The notes under the pieces were generated by a model. That model ran no database searches. It was not told the origin of the DNA and was given only the letters and a program-made list of their open reading frames with translations. Source: Macrostomum lignano (Eukaryota). Taken from it: a stretch of DNA of 64,000 bases. Numbering within the stretch: position 1 is the stretch's first letter; each line of letters starts with the position of its first letter. Positions 36,535 through 49,661 of this stretch are shown in pieces. The stretch is from positions 1-64,000 of the forward strand of contig NIVC01000645.1 in NCBI GenBank assembly GCA_002269645.1. Direction: 5' to 3'. Both the position numbers and the translations under genes were made by a program.

Positions 36535-37677
36535 ATGTTCGATGAGAACCACACCGACGATGTGCCCTTCGGCATGGTGTACATTGTGCACGGGAACTGC
36601 ACTGAGCCGCAGACGCCGCTATTCCACGCGGACAATGGTCCCACGCAGGTGATGCTGGACAGCCTCTACTTCATCAAGTGCATCGCGGCCATGATCGGGC
36701 TCATGGTGAATCTGGTCTCCATCAAGGTGTTCCTATCATTCAAGCGTCGAAGCCTGTTCATCTCGATGATATTCTACCTGAGCTGCTGCGAGGTCTGCTT
36801 CAACAGCTGCGGCCTGTCATTCGAGCTGTTTTACCTGCTGGTTGGGAGCACCAATAGTCACCTGATGCCCATCGGCAGTTCTCTCGCTGTAGCCCAGTTC
36901 CTCATCTACCTGGTGTGCCAGGTGGTCTGGATCATCTACAAATCCTCGCTGATCCTGCGCAACTGGATCATCGTGCTCATCGCCTGGCGCCGCTACCGCG
37001 CCATCAGCGCCAGCCTGAGCAGCCAGCGGAGCCAGTCGCGCCGCTCCTTCCGGCTGAGCCTGCTGCTCATCGGCCTGCTGGCGGCGCTGCTGACGACTCC
37101 GCGTGCCTTCGAGCTTGCCTACTTCCTGTGCGCCGAGTCGCGGCAGATCGTGCGCCTGGCGCCGGCCGCGTTCGCGCACAGCCGCAGGTACAGCGCCTAC
37201 CCGAAGCTGTTCTTCGTCCTGACGTCTCCGATGCCCATCGTGTGCCTGCTGGTGATCAGCACGCTGATGACCTGCAGCCTGCGGGCAGCCGCCAATACCG
37301 CCAACGTCCTGCAGGTGCCGATCAGCAACAGCGTGAGCAGCACTCGCGACCGTGAGTCGACCAACTCAACCTCGATGCGTCATCGACGAAGCCAGAGCGA
37401 CGCCGTCAACCGCACAGTGCTGGTGCTCTGCGGCAGCTTCGTGCTCTGCGAGCTGCCCATGCTAATTGCTGGCATCATCAAGGACTTCGAGTGCGGCGAC
37501 CACTGTATGAAGGTGCACGTGTTCAGCGGCGTGGCCAACACCCTCACTAGCATGGACTCCTTCGCCAACTTTGTTGTCTACGTGGTTTCGATTCCATCGT
37601 TTCGCAACAAGCTGAGGCCCTGCTCAGCTGGAGAGCAGCGGTCTCGGGAGGAGTCCGTGCAGTTGAGGCGGATATGA
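36535..37677 (+). CDS. Class A (rhodopsin-like) peptide GPCR, FMRFamide/allatostatin-receptor-like orphan; single coding exon, 380 aa
   Basis: Seven hydrophobic segments; N-terminal sequons NHT and NCT; TM1 GLMVNLVS; TM3 end AWRRYRAI; TM6 FVLCELP; TM7 DSFANFVVY; TTTTCAG acceptor-like site just before ATG 36535. Confidence 0.88.
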   Translation: MFDENHTDDVPFGMVYIVHGNCTEPQTPLFHADNGPTQVMLDSLYFIKCIAAMIGLMVNLVSIKVFLSFKRRSLFISMIFYLSCCEVCFNSCGLSFELFYLLVGSTNSHLMPIGSSLAVAQFLIYLVCQVVWIIYKSSLILRNWIIVLIAWRRYRAISASLSSQRSQSRRSFRLSLLLIGLLAALLTTPRAFELAYFLCAESRQIVRLAPAAFAHSRRYSAYPKLFFVLTSPMPIVCLLVISTLMTCSLRAAANTANVLQVPISNSVSSTRDRESTNSTSMRHRRSQSDAVNRTVLVLCGSFVLCELPMLIAGIIKDFECGDHCMKVHVFSGVANTLTSMDSFANFVVYVVSIPSFRNKLRPCSAGEQRSREESVQLRRI

Positions 37678-37724
37678 CAGACAAGTGGATAGCCAGGGCG
37701 GTGCAACACCACAGACGCAGTAGA

Positions 37725-38390
37725 ACAGAGGCAGATAGGCGGAGTAGGAGGGGCATGGGGTAGAGAGGCGGAGGAGAAGGGGCACGGGGCGGAGAGGCAG
37801 AGGAGGAGGGGCACGGGATAGAGAGGCGGAGGAGGAGGGGCACGGGGTAGAGAGGCAGAGGAGGAGGGGCACGGGATAGAGAGGCGGAGGAGGAGGGGTA
37901 CGGGATAGAGAGGCGGAGGATAATGGGCTCGGGGTGGAGAGGCAGAGGAGGAGGGGCACGGGATAGAGCGGCGGAGGAGGAGGGGCACGGGGTAGAGAGG
38001 CAGAGGAGGAGGGGTACGGGATAGAGCGGCGGAGGAGGAGGGGCACGGGGTAGAGAGGCAGAGGAGGAGGGGCACGGGGCGGAGAGGCAGAGGAGAAGGG
38101 GCACGGGGACGGAGAAGCAGAGGAGGAGGGGCACGGGATAGAGAGGCGGAGGAGGAGGGGCACGGGGCGGAGAGGCAGAGGAGAAGGGGCACGGGGACGG
38201 AGAAGCAGAGGAGGAGGGGCACGGGATAGAGAGGCAGAGGAGAAGGGGCACGGGGACGGAGAAGCAGAGGAGGATGGGTACGGGATAGAGAGGCGGAGGA
38301 GAAGGGGCACGGGGCTGAGAGGTTGGAGGAGGGGCACGGGGTAGAGAGGCAGAGGAGGAGGGGTGCGGGGCAAGGAGGCGGAGGGGGCGG
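37725..38390. repeat. Purine-rich about 30-bp minisatellite (AGAGGCGGAGGAGGAGGGGCACGGG..)
   Basis: Direct tandem repeat right after the GPCR stop. Confidence 0.93.
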
Positions 38391-38904
38391 TAACGAAGGA
38401 ATCGCGCTGTTTGCTATTCGAAAGTCAAGATTATTATGCGTGTTGCACCCTTCTGCTAAAGCTGTCTGCTGTAAGGTCAAGGAAAAAAATTATTACATTC
38501 TTACATTTTTTTCAGTGAAATTTAGCGTTGTTGTGCACTCTGCATAGTGGAGATTTGTGATCAAGACAATTCTATTATTGTTTCTTGGAATTTATTAAAG
38601 AAGAAATTTACTCCTTTATCGTACGTGGCACTTCGCAACCGTAAAACACAGGTGAACACTATTTGTTAAACAGCACAACCGTGACACACTTATATCTATA
38701 TGATTCCAATATAAACTCTCTGTGTAAGTATTGTGTGCAATACGAGTCTAAAGTTCGATACTGAAATAGATGTTTTGTGATAGATATAGCGAATGTTTTA
38801 TGTTAAACACCAATAAAAAATAGGCTTTAGCTTTCGCATCAGCGTATTGAGTAAACGGCAGACTTTATTGTCATTCTTGATTGATCAAATCGAGGCGGCA
38901 AGGA

Positions 38905-39146
38905 GGGCCGTAGCCCAGTGGTCTGGCGCAGCGCTCTGATGTGCCAGCGGCCCATGGCTCGATTCCAAGTGCGATCACATTAATTTGAGGCTAAATAGGA
39001 ATCCCGGCTTGGCTCTGCTCGTGCAATTAACAGCCTGAGGACCAACCCCCAATGCACAGTGAAGTGTACATGCTCGCCGGTTGTGTGACACAGTGTCGCT
39101 TAAAATGCGCCTGGGTGCATACAGCCCCCAGCCTCTAATAAAAATA
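38905..39146 (+). mobile_element. SINE family A, second (internally shorter) copy
   Basis: GGGCCGTAGCCCAGTGGTCTGGCGCAG...GGCTCGATTCCAAGTG...CCTCTAATAAAAATA matches the reverse complement of 7957-8317 but lacks about 120 bp. Confidence 0.85.
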
Positions 39147-39229
39147 TTTCTGTTTTTCTTCCTTTTTTTCTCAGGTGGATTTCCCAAAGCAGAATTTTCT
39201 AAAGAAGGGTTTCCGAAGGGAAGGTTTTC

Positions 39230-40332
39230 CAAAGGAGGGTTTCTCAAAGGAGGGACTCAAAAAAGAAATTCACATAGGAGGGGTTCTCAAACAGGAGATT
39301 CCAAAAAAAGGGATTTCCAAAGCAGGGATTCCCAAAGGAGGGATTCTCAAAGGAGGGATTCCCAAAGCAGGGATTCCCAAAGCAGGGATTCCCAAAGCAG
39401 GGATTCCCCAAAGCAGGGATTCCCAAAGCAGGGATTCCCAAAGCAGGGATTCCCCAAAGCAGGGATTCCCAAAGCAGGGATTCCCAAAGGAGGGATTCCC
39501 AAAGCAGGGATTCCCAAAGGAGGGATTCCCAAAGGAGGGATTCTCAAAGAAGGGATTCCCAAAGCAGGGTGTGACGTATTAATGTGGCGGCCTCGAGAAT
39601 AATCAGCGAAGGCAAATGAATACGGCAGAGGCAATTTTGTAGCGGTAGCACTTGGCAATAATATCAGTTAATGCGATCAATTGCCGCAGACTTGGTTTAT
39701 TGGAACGGTGAGTTAGATAGCTTAGGTAGTAGAAGTGGCGTGACTGAGAGTGGCAGAGGCGTGTCCTAGGGCCGTGGCGTAGTGAGGCAGGAAGAGAGAG
39801 CAACCAAACAAGAGTGCCGGGCGGCAAGGGTCTACAGGCGGGGACGCAAAGCCAGGATCCAAGATAACCCGGAGCGCACGGCCAGACAGAACTGATAAGG
39901 AGCGGGCTGGGGTGGGCGCGCGAGGAGAACTTAGCATAATTAATGCGCGGCTTTTCTATTGGCCGGCTGGCAAAAACAGAAAACAGAAATTATCGATCGC
40001 GCACTGTACGCAGGCTTTACAGATTAAAATTCTTTGGGCACTACTTTAAGCAGACGTGAGAGAACGAAACTAATAATATTATAGATTGGTACCGTATGTC
40101 AAAACGGCCCTTGGCGGGGCTACTTAAACTGACAACGTCACACAGGGATTTCCTAAAGCAAGGATTTCCCAAAGCAGAGATTTCCCAAAGCAGGGATTTC
40201 CCAAAGCAGGGATTCCCGTAGGAGGGATTCCCAAATGGGGGATTCCTAAAGGAGGAATTCCCAAAGGAGGGATTCCCAAAGAAAGGATTCCCAAGGCAGG
40301 GACTTACCAAAGCAGGGATTCCCAAAGGAGGG
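39230..40332. repeat. About 15-bp minisatellite (GGGATTCCCAAAG[C/G]A)n interrupted by a solo LTR
   Basis: Array halves at 39230-39569 and 40143-40332. Confidence 0.92.
39570..40142. mobile_element. Solo LTR, 573 bp
   Basis: Ends TGTGACGT...ACGTCACA (8-bp terminal inverted repeat, TG..CA); flanked by the 5-bp direct repeat CAGGG (39565-39569, 40143-40147); AATAAA on the minus strand. Confidence 0.8.
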
Positions 40333-40875
40333 GTTATTTTCTGTCAATAGCCGGCAGTTTGCACACCGAGGAAAAACGAGACGGCGCGAGTGGATGAAGA
40401 GTCACCAGAAAGGAAAATCTTGAAAATCTCGGTGCACCCTTTTGACGTACGCCAAAAACGCCTGCAAATCGAGAAGTGGGGGGTTTTGTGCTCATAAAAC
40501 ATTTGACTTCCTCGATCTGGACCATTGCACTTCATCTGCGGAACTCAATTCCCCAGGGGATTGTTGGCGCCTGCAGAGAGACCCGCATGGAGCCAGATCA
40601 AGAAGTTGGTCGGCCAGCTTTCCAGGGAACATCGACTAATGGAAAGGACAAGTTAGCCGATGAGGCTGCGAGATTCTGGGCAGACAGAGATACGGCTGAT
40701 GGAGATCTGATCCACTTCTGATTGACTTGGAGTGCCTGGCACACATTTGCGCAAAGTGGACTCGTCTGGCAAATCAGTGAAAATAATACCCATCAGCAGC
40801 AGTGAGTGGCTTGCACTTTTGTAGCCGAATGCGATTGCAAATTTGGAGACTGCGAACTCCTAGGAGAAGGGCAGC

Positions 40876-41572
40876 GAGAGGGAAAGAAAGAGGGAGAAGG
40901 CGATGGAGAGAGACAGAGAGAATAGGAGAGGGAGAGGGAGGAGAGGAGAGGGAGAGAGAGGGTAGGAGAGGGAGAGGGAGGAGAGGGGGAGAGAGGAGAG
41001 GGAGAAAGAGGAGAGGGAGAGAGGGGGAGAGAGGAGAGGGGGAGAGAGGAGAGGGAGGAGAGGGGGAGAGAGGAGACGGAGAGAGGAGAGGGAGAGAGGA
41101 GAGGGAGGAGAGGGGGAGAGAGGAGAGGGAGGAGAGGGAGAGAGGAGAGGGAGGAGAGGGGGAGAGAGGAGAGGGAGGAGAGGGGGAGAGAGGAGAGGGA
41201 GAGAGGAGAGGGAGGAGAGGGGGAGAGAGGAGAGGGAGGAGAGGGAGAGAGGAGAGGGAGGAGAGGGGAGAGAGGAGAGGGAGGAGAGGGAGAGAGGAGA
41301 GGGAGGAGAGGGGGAGAGAGGAGAGGGAGGAGAGGGAGAGAGGAGAGGGAGGAGAGGGGGAGAGAGGAGAAGGAGAAAGAGGAGAGAGAGAGAGGAGAGG
41401 GAGGAGAGGGGGAGAGAGGAGAGGGAGGAGAGGGAGAGAGGAGAGGGAGGAGAGGGGGAGAGAGGAGAGGGAGGAGAGGGAGAGAGGAGAGGGAGGAGAG
41501 GGGGAGAGAGGAGGAGAAAGAGGAGAGGGAGAGAGGAGAGGGAGAGAGGGGGAGAGAGGAGAGGGAGAGAGA
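40876..41572. repeat. GA-rich low-complexity tandem repeat
   Basis: (GAGAGGAGAGGGAGGAGAGGG..)n. Confidence 0.95.
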
Positions 41573-41964
41573 CAACCTTACTCCAAACTCCAAAAGCTTC
41601 ATCAAATGATGTCTCCTGGTAGCCCCATCTGACCATCTGACCGAGCTCTCCCAGTCTGAACTCTCGTGATTTGTCAAGTCAACAGAACAACAGCGAACGC
41701 AGACAAAACTGCGGGAAAAGCCAATGAAGCCAAGAATCAAGCCTAAGCCCTCTGGTTCATTCGTTTTCAGCAGCAGCAACATGTTTCTGTTTCATGTTTC
41801 TGTGTTGCTTTTCAAAATCTAACCGCTCACTTCCGACATTTCGCAGTTTGATCCAACCGTTTCTGTCTACTAAAACTCGCATTTGTGCTGGGTGAGCTTT
41901 TAATAGCTTTTCCTGGACTGCAGAGTCTAAACAGGAAACTGGTAGAAAGTCTAACAACAACAAA

Positions 41965-41999
41965 CAAATAAACTAACTAACTAACTAACTAACTAACTG

Positions 42000-42030
<31 letters not shown>

Positions 42031-42051
42031 GACTAACTAACTAACTAACTG

Positions 42052-42118
<67 letters not shown>

Positions 42119-42119
42119 G

Positions 42120-42162
<43 letters not shown>

Positions 42163-42163
42163 G

Positions 42164-42222
<59 letters not shown>

Positions 42223-42227
42223 GACTG

Positions 42228-42266
<39 letters not shown>

Positions 42267-42267
42267 G

Positions 42268-42298
<31 letters not shown>

Positions 42299-42355
42299 GA
42301 CTAACTGAATAACTAACTAACTAACTGACTAACTAACTAACTAACTAACTGACTG

Positions 42356-42394
<39 letters not shown>

Positions 42395-42399
42395 GACTG

Positions 42400-42466
<67 letters not shown>

Positions 42467-42467
42467 G

Positions 42468-42498
<31 letters not shown>

Positions 42499-42663
42499 GA
42501 CTAACTAACTGACTAACTAACTAACTAACTACCTAACTAACTGACTAACTGACGAACTAACTAACTAACTGACTAACTAACTAACTAACTAACTGACTGA
42601 CTAACTAACTAACTAACTAACTAACTGACTAACTGACTAACTAACTAACTAACTGACTAACTG

Positions 42664-42714
<51 letters not shown>

Positions 42715-42771
42715 GACTAACTGACTAACTAACTAACTAACTGACTAACTGACTAACTAACTAACTAACTG

Positions 42772-42810
<39 letters not shown>

Positions 42811-42997
42811 GACTAACTAACTAACTAAATAACTAACTAACTAACTAACTAACTAAGTAACTAACAAACTAACTAACTAACTAACTAACTAACAAACTAA
42901 CAAACAAACTAAATATATAAATAAATAACTAACTAACTAACTAACTAACTAACAAACAAACAAACTAACAAACAAACAAACTAAATATATAAATAAA

Positions 42998-43029
<32 letters not shown>

Positions 43030-43089
43030 AAACAAACAAACAAACAAACAAACAAACTAACAAACAAACAAACTAAATATATAAATAAA

Positions 43090-43127
<38 letters not shown>
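41965..43127. repeat. (AACT)n microsatellite
   Basis: Direct observation. Confidence 0.98.
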
Positions 43128-43974
43128 GCTACATGCTAACTAGCTAGCTAGCCCTTGGCTCAAAAGTACTCAAAATTGAATGAATTTCTTCCAGCTAAGA
43201 AAACCTGATAGAATAAAAGTCCTCAGTGCTGTAAACAAGCTTATTTGCTAGTCGGCGCAGATGAAGAGAGACGGAGACAAAGACTCAAAGAGGCAGGCAG
43301 CTGCAGCAAGGATTATTAACACAGCCTTCGTTCTTCGCCAGGTGGACGGAAAAGCTCGCCAAAAGAGGATTTTCGGGATAAGCCAGAAGGGGATAAAGAA
43401 GAGGGAGACGGAGCGAGGGAAAAACGAATATCAAAAGAAATTCTCAGGTAGATCTCAGTGCACGCGGGCTTAATTATAAAATGATGGATTTTGCTGCAGG
43501 TTGCTTGCGGCCTCTGAAAGCATAATTAATGAGCTCAGTTAGTCAGTCAAGCATAAGCAGCAGCTCTGTTTGGTTGGTCATTTCCCACTAATAATGCCTG
43601 CGATTTGCAGTTCCAATAACTTTGTTTCTGTTGAGATAAGGATTCATGAAATGATCTTTTGTTAATTTACCAAGTTAACTTTTGTAAATCACCAGTTTAT
43701 GTTAATGAAGATGGAACAAGGGACATACAGTCAAATAGCATTCTGGTCCATTATATATCGTATCAATATTCACTTTGATCCGGCTATCAAAGTCTTCGAT
43801 TTGAGCAGCTCTAGAAAAAAATACACTGAACAAGTACAGAGTGAGCTTAGAAAATGAGAAACAATCGTTCTAGGAAACATTTAGAGAGCAAAAGCAAATG
43901 CTGCAATCAAATTAGCAGTCACACGACTCCACTATTGATTAGCTGCGTGACAGCAGGTAGCCTGGTACGTTCTG

Positions 43975-45677
43975 TCTGTCTCCCTGTCTCTCTCCCTGTC
44001 TCTATCCCTGTCTCTCTCCCTGTCTATCCCTGTCTCTCCCTGTCTCTCCCTGTCTCTCCCTGTCTCTCCCTGTCTCTCTCACTTTCTCTCCCTGTCTCTC
44101 CCTGTCTCTCCCTGTCTCTTTCCCTGTCTCTCTCCCTGTCTCTCTCCCTGTCTCTCTCCCTGTCTCTCTCCCTGTCTCTCTCCCTGTCTCTCTCCCTGTC
44201 TCTCTCCCTGTCTCTCTCCCTGTCTATCCCTGTCTCTCCCTGTCTCTCCCTGTCTCTCCCTGTCTCTCTCACTGTCTCTCCCTGTCTCTCCCTGTCTCTC
44301 ACTGTCTCTCCCTGTCTCTCTCACTGTCTCTCCCTGTCTCCCCCTGTCTCTCCCTGTCTCTCCCTGTCTCTCTCCCTGTCTCTCTCCCTGTCTTTCTCCC
44401 TGTCTCTCTCCCTGTCTCTCTCCCTGTCTCTCTCCCTGTCTCTCCCTGTCTCTCTCCCTGTCTCTCTCTCTCTCTCTGTCTCTCTCCCTGTCTCTCTCCC
44501 TGTCTCTCCCTGTCTCTCTCCCTGTCTCTCTCCCTGTCTCTCTCCCTGTCTCTCTCCCTGTCTCTCTCCCTGTCTCTCTCCCTGTCTATCCCTGTCTCTC
44601 CCTGTCTCTCCCTGTCTCTCACTGTCTCTCCCTGTCTCTCTCACTGTCTCTCCCTGTCTCTCCCTGTCTCTCCCTGTCTCTCTCACTGTCTCTCTCACTG
44701 TCTCTCCCTGTCTCTCCCTGTCTCTCTCCCTGTCTCTCTCCCTGTCTCTCTCCCTGTCTCTCTCCCTGTCTCTATCCCTGTCTCTCCCTGTCTCTCCCTG
44801 TCTCTCCCTGTCTCTCTCACTGTCTCTCCCTGTCTCTCTCCCTGTCTCTCCCTGTCTCTCCCTGTCTCTCTCACTGTCTCTCCCTGTCTCTCCCTGTCTC
44901 TCCCTGTCTCTCCCTGTCTCTCTCCCTGTCTCTCTCCCTGTCTTTCTCCCTGTCTCTCTCCCTGTCTCTCTCCCTGTCTATCCCTGTCTATCCCTGTCTC
45001 TCTCCCTGTCTCTCTCCCTGTCTCTCCCTGTCTCTCTCCCTGTCTATCCCTGTCTCTCCCTGTCTCTCCCTGTCTCTCTCCCTGTCTCTCTCCCTGTCTA
45101 TCCCTGTCTCTCCCTGTCTCTCCCTGTCTCTCTCCCTGTCTCTCTCCCTGTCTATCCCTGTCTCTCCCTGTCTCTCCCTGTCTCTCCCTGTCTCTCTCAC
45201 TGTCTCTCCCTGTCTCTCTCCCTGTCTCTCACTGTCTCTCCCTGTCTCTCTCACTGTCTCTCTCCCTGTCTCTCTCCCTGTCTCTCTCCCTGTCTATCCC
45301 TGTCTCTCCCTGTCTCTCCCTGTCTCTCTCCCTGTCTCTCTCCCTGTCTCTCCCTGTCTCTCCCTGTCTCTCCCTGTCTCTCTACCTGTCTCTCTCCCTG
45401 TCTCTCCCTGTCTCTCTCCCTGTCTCTCTCCCTGTCTCTCCCTGTCTCTCCCTGTCTATCCCTGTCTCTCTCCCTGTCTCTCTCCCTGTCTCTCCCTGTC
45501 TCTCTCCCTGTCTCTCTCCCTGTCTCTCCCTGTCTCTCTCCCTGTCTCTCTCCCTGTCTCTCCCTGTCTATCCCTGTCTATCCCTGTCTCTCTCCCTGTC
45601 TCTCTCCCTGTCTCTCTCCCTGTCTCTCCCTGTCTCTCTCCCTGTCTCTCTCCCTGTCTATCCCTGTCTCTCCCTGC
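43975..45677. repeat. 10/12-bp repeat (CTGTCTCT[CT]CC)n
   Basis: Direct observation. Confidence 0.97.
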
Positions 45678-46069
45678 GTGTCTTAGTTGAAGTTGATACA
45701 AACTTTGCTGCAAATTTCTAGTGATAAATTTTGCAACCTTTTTAATAGACTTGCGTGTAGAATTTTGAGCTATAAAATAATCATCCTTTTGGGTTTATCG
45801 CTACCGAAGCGAGAGCTAAAGAGCCATTGGCTGCAGAAGTAAACAATACACAGACAGTATTGGGAAAACTGCTGCGAGCTGTTGAGGCTCTGAAGGGGAA
45901 TTCAAAGGTCGAGAATTAATTTCATAATTCATAAATGAAAGCGATTTGATCGACTGATAACAATGATCAGTTTATTATATTCTCGATTTTCTGACCAATT
46001 TTTATAATTCCCAGTTTTGGTAATAATTGATTAAAGCTAAAATAAGGCTTTAATTTTGAGACAGCTCTT

Positions 46070-46810
46070 ACCACATTCATCCACATTCACTCTCATTCAC
46101 CCATTCACTCTCATTCACCCAAATTCACTCTCATTCCCCCACATTCACTCTCATTCACCCAAATTCACTCTCATTCATCCACATTCACTCTCATTCACCC
46201 ATTCACTCTCATTCACCCAAATTCACTCTCATTCCCCCACATTCACTCTCATTCACCCAAATTCACTCTCATTCCCCCACATTCACTCTCATTCACCCAA
46301 ATTCACTCTCATTCACCCACATTCACTCTCATTCACCCACATTCACTCTCATTCACCCACATTCACTCTCATTCACCCATTCACTCTCATTCACCCAAAT
46401 TCACTCTCATTCACCCACATTCACTCTCATTCACCCATTCACTCTCATTCACCCACATTCACTCTCATTCCCCCACATTCACTCTCATTCACCCAAATTC
46501 ACTCTCATTCACCCAAATTCACTCTCATTCCCCCACATTCACTCTCATTCACCCACATTCACTCTCATTCACCCATTCACTCTCATTCACCCACATTCAC
46601 TCTCATTCACCCACATTCACTCTCATTCCCCCACATTCACTCTCATTCACCCAAATTCACTCTCATTCACCCAAATTCACTCTCATTCCCCCACATTCAC
46701 TCTCATTCACCCACATTCACTCTCATTCACCCATTCACTCTCATTCACCCAAATTCACTCTCATTCACCCACATTCACTCTCATTCACCCACATTCACTC
46801 TCACTCACCC
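46070..46810. repeat. 20-bp minisatellite (CACATTCACTCTCATTCACC)n
   Basis: Direct observation. Confidence 0.96.
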
Positions 46811-47017
46811 GCCTTCACTCTTACTCAAAAATCAAACCAGTAAGAAAAATGATCGTCCTGCATGAGCAACCGACACTTGCTACTGAGATTAGTAGGCCAA
46901 GAGGGAAAATGAATGCAATTGAAAATGGTATACAATCAATAAATAGTTTAAATAATATTTTCAAAATTAAAATTTTTGTTTTATATTTGAATTTATATTT
47001 AAATCGATAATAACAGT

Positions 47018-47868
<851 letters not shown>

Positions 47869-48399
47869 GTGAACATTTTGGTAGTTTGTAATTTCGGGTG
47901 CAGGCCGATGGGGGTGCATTGAAATCATCAGGCCAAGTTAATGGCCCTTCGTTGTTGGGCAACCAGAAATTTCAAATCTAGTTTGTTCTTTCCTAAAGGT
48001 TCATAGCTCGTACTCTCGGTGATTCCGATGCAGTGTTTTTCGCGAAGCTCCTAGCTTTAGTATAGAAAAAAATAAGCGCTGTATTAAGTCCTAATAAATC
48101 ATCCTTGCACCTCATTTTGTCTCCGAGTTGCTTGTTCATCCTGGCAACTGTGTATAGTCTTGACTGCTGTAGGGTCCTTGGTCGATGCTGTAGACTGTTT
48201 TGGCCTTTCGTATTCAAGTCTCTCTTTGTTCCTGCAACTCAGCACCCGATGTCCACCTCACGTCGATAATCAGCCACTTTCTGCACGCTTAGTAGTGACG
48301 AAAGCAAAAATTTCATGCAAAACAACAGGCTTAGCTTTCTAAAATCCGTATAAAAAGTCAATGACTGTCATACACAAAACTGAGTCTTTGTCATGAATT

Positions 48400-49277
48400 T
48401 TATAAGGTCGCTAATTGCTTTAGGTCTGTTGGAAAAGTTTTTCTCAAATGTAACTTAACAGCCAGTCTCATTTCAGGCAAAGCTTCAGAATACTCCAGCT
48501 CGACCATGAACTCGCAGATGGTGAGGGCCGTTGGCGGGTCGCTGCGGCTCACAACTCGAACCCGAGAGCCGAAAGCGCCGCAGGTGAAGTTGGCCACGGA
48601 GAACGGAGCGCTGAGCCTCACCTGGTTGCACACGGACCCGTCAACCAGCAGGTCGAACTTGTTGAGCCTCTCAGCGCAGCAGTCCTGCCTGTTGTGGATG
48701 GTGACGAAGGACACGAGAGACGGAGCTGTGAGGCCGGCTTCCCACCACTCGTTAGCATTGAACTGAGTGTGAGAGCAGGAGTCGGACCACAGAGACTGGC
48801 TCGTGTTACCGTCGATGGCTCTGTTGCATGGGTAGAACCATTTCGGACTGGTTGAGCTCTGGCTGCAGTCCGCAACAGGCAGCTTCTTGAAATCTGATCG
48901 AGAGACAACAAATGAGTTGTACTTATTAGACACAATGAAGGAGTTTCAGTAACTATTGGCATAAGAGAAAAACCACCAAAAGTGAGCTAAAGCAGCAGAA
49001 ACGCACCCAGCACGAAGACGTCGCACTTGCCGGTGCTGACCCAGGCGCTGGCATCGTAAAACGCCTGCAGGTCGAACAGCCGACACGCTCCGAGCAGCCA
49101 GTTGAAGCCGAAGCAGCCCGGCCTGTGGCTGCACACGAAGCCGCAGCTGATCTCGCTGGATCCGGGCTGCGAAAGAAACCCCAGAGGAGCGACAGCGCTG
49201 CCGGTCCTGGCCGCGGTGAACTGGACAGCCTGGCTGGGCACAATGCAGGCAAGCCGGCTGCTGGGTGGTGCTGCCAA
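48400..49277 (-). CDS. PAN/apple-like + F-type lectin (FTP) domain protein; exons about 49277-49007 and 48893-48400; 5' end unresolved
   Basis: SEISCGFVCSHRPGCFGFNWLLGACRL (PAN-like cysteine pattern). Splice CTG G|gtgcgt...gatcag|AT TTC keeps frame. RAIDGN..CSHT..EWW..IHNRQDCCAERL fits the F-type lectin H-x26-R-x-D-x4-R motif. No in-frame ATG located. Confidence 0.78.
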
Positions 49278-49661
49278 TGAATGACAGCTAAGGCAGCTGC
49301 AATTTGCCTGGTGTAGGTTTAAAAGGAAGGCAAGATAGCAGGTTTACCTAGGCTGTTTTGCCTAATGCATGCAGCTGTCTTCTTTCGCTCGAGTTGCCGG
49401 GACACCGATAGACCGATAAACGCTTTGTCAGCTGCCTACGCGTGTAGATGCTCGCATCCAGATCTGCTTCCACCTCGCCATCGATCAGTCTCTCTTAAGA
49501 AGTTCAGCATGAGTATGTTTTGCAGCGGGCTTGAGTGGAGCGAAAACAAGCACTTCTCTACAATAGCTATGATTGAAATTTGCAGAGGCTTCAACAAACG
49601 GCGCCATCTTCTCAGGCGAACTGCTGTAGTGTAGCTGATGATTGACTCGATATGATGAAAT

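Noticed and set aside
40540-41710. Possible minus-strand exons flanking the GA repeat
   Set aside because: Splice-like sites are present, but I could not build a consistent frame or recognise a protein.
43854-46865. Long SL/PV, RERD and HSHS low-complexity ORFs
   Set aside because: Simple-repeat translations.
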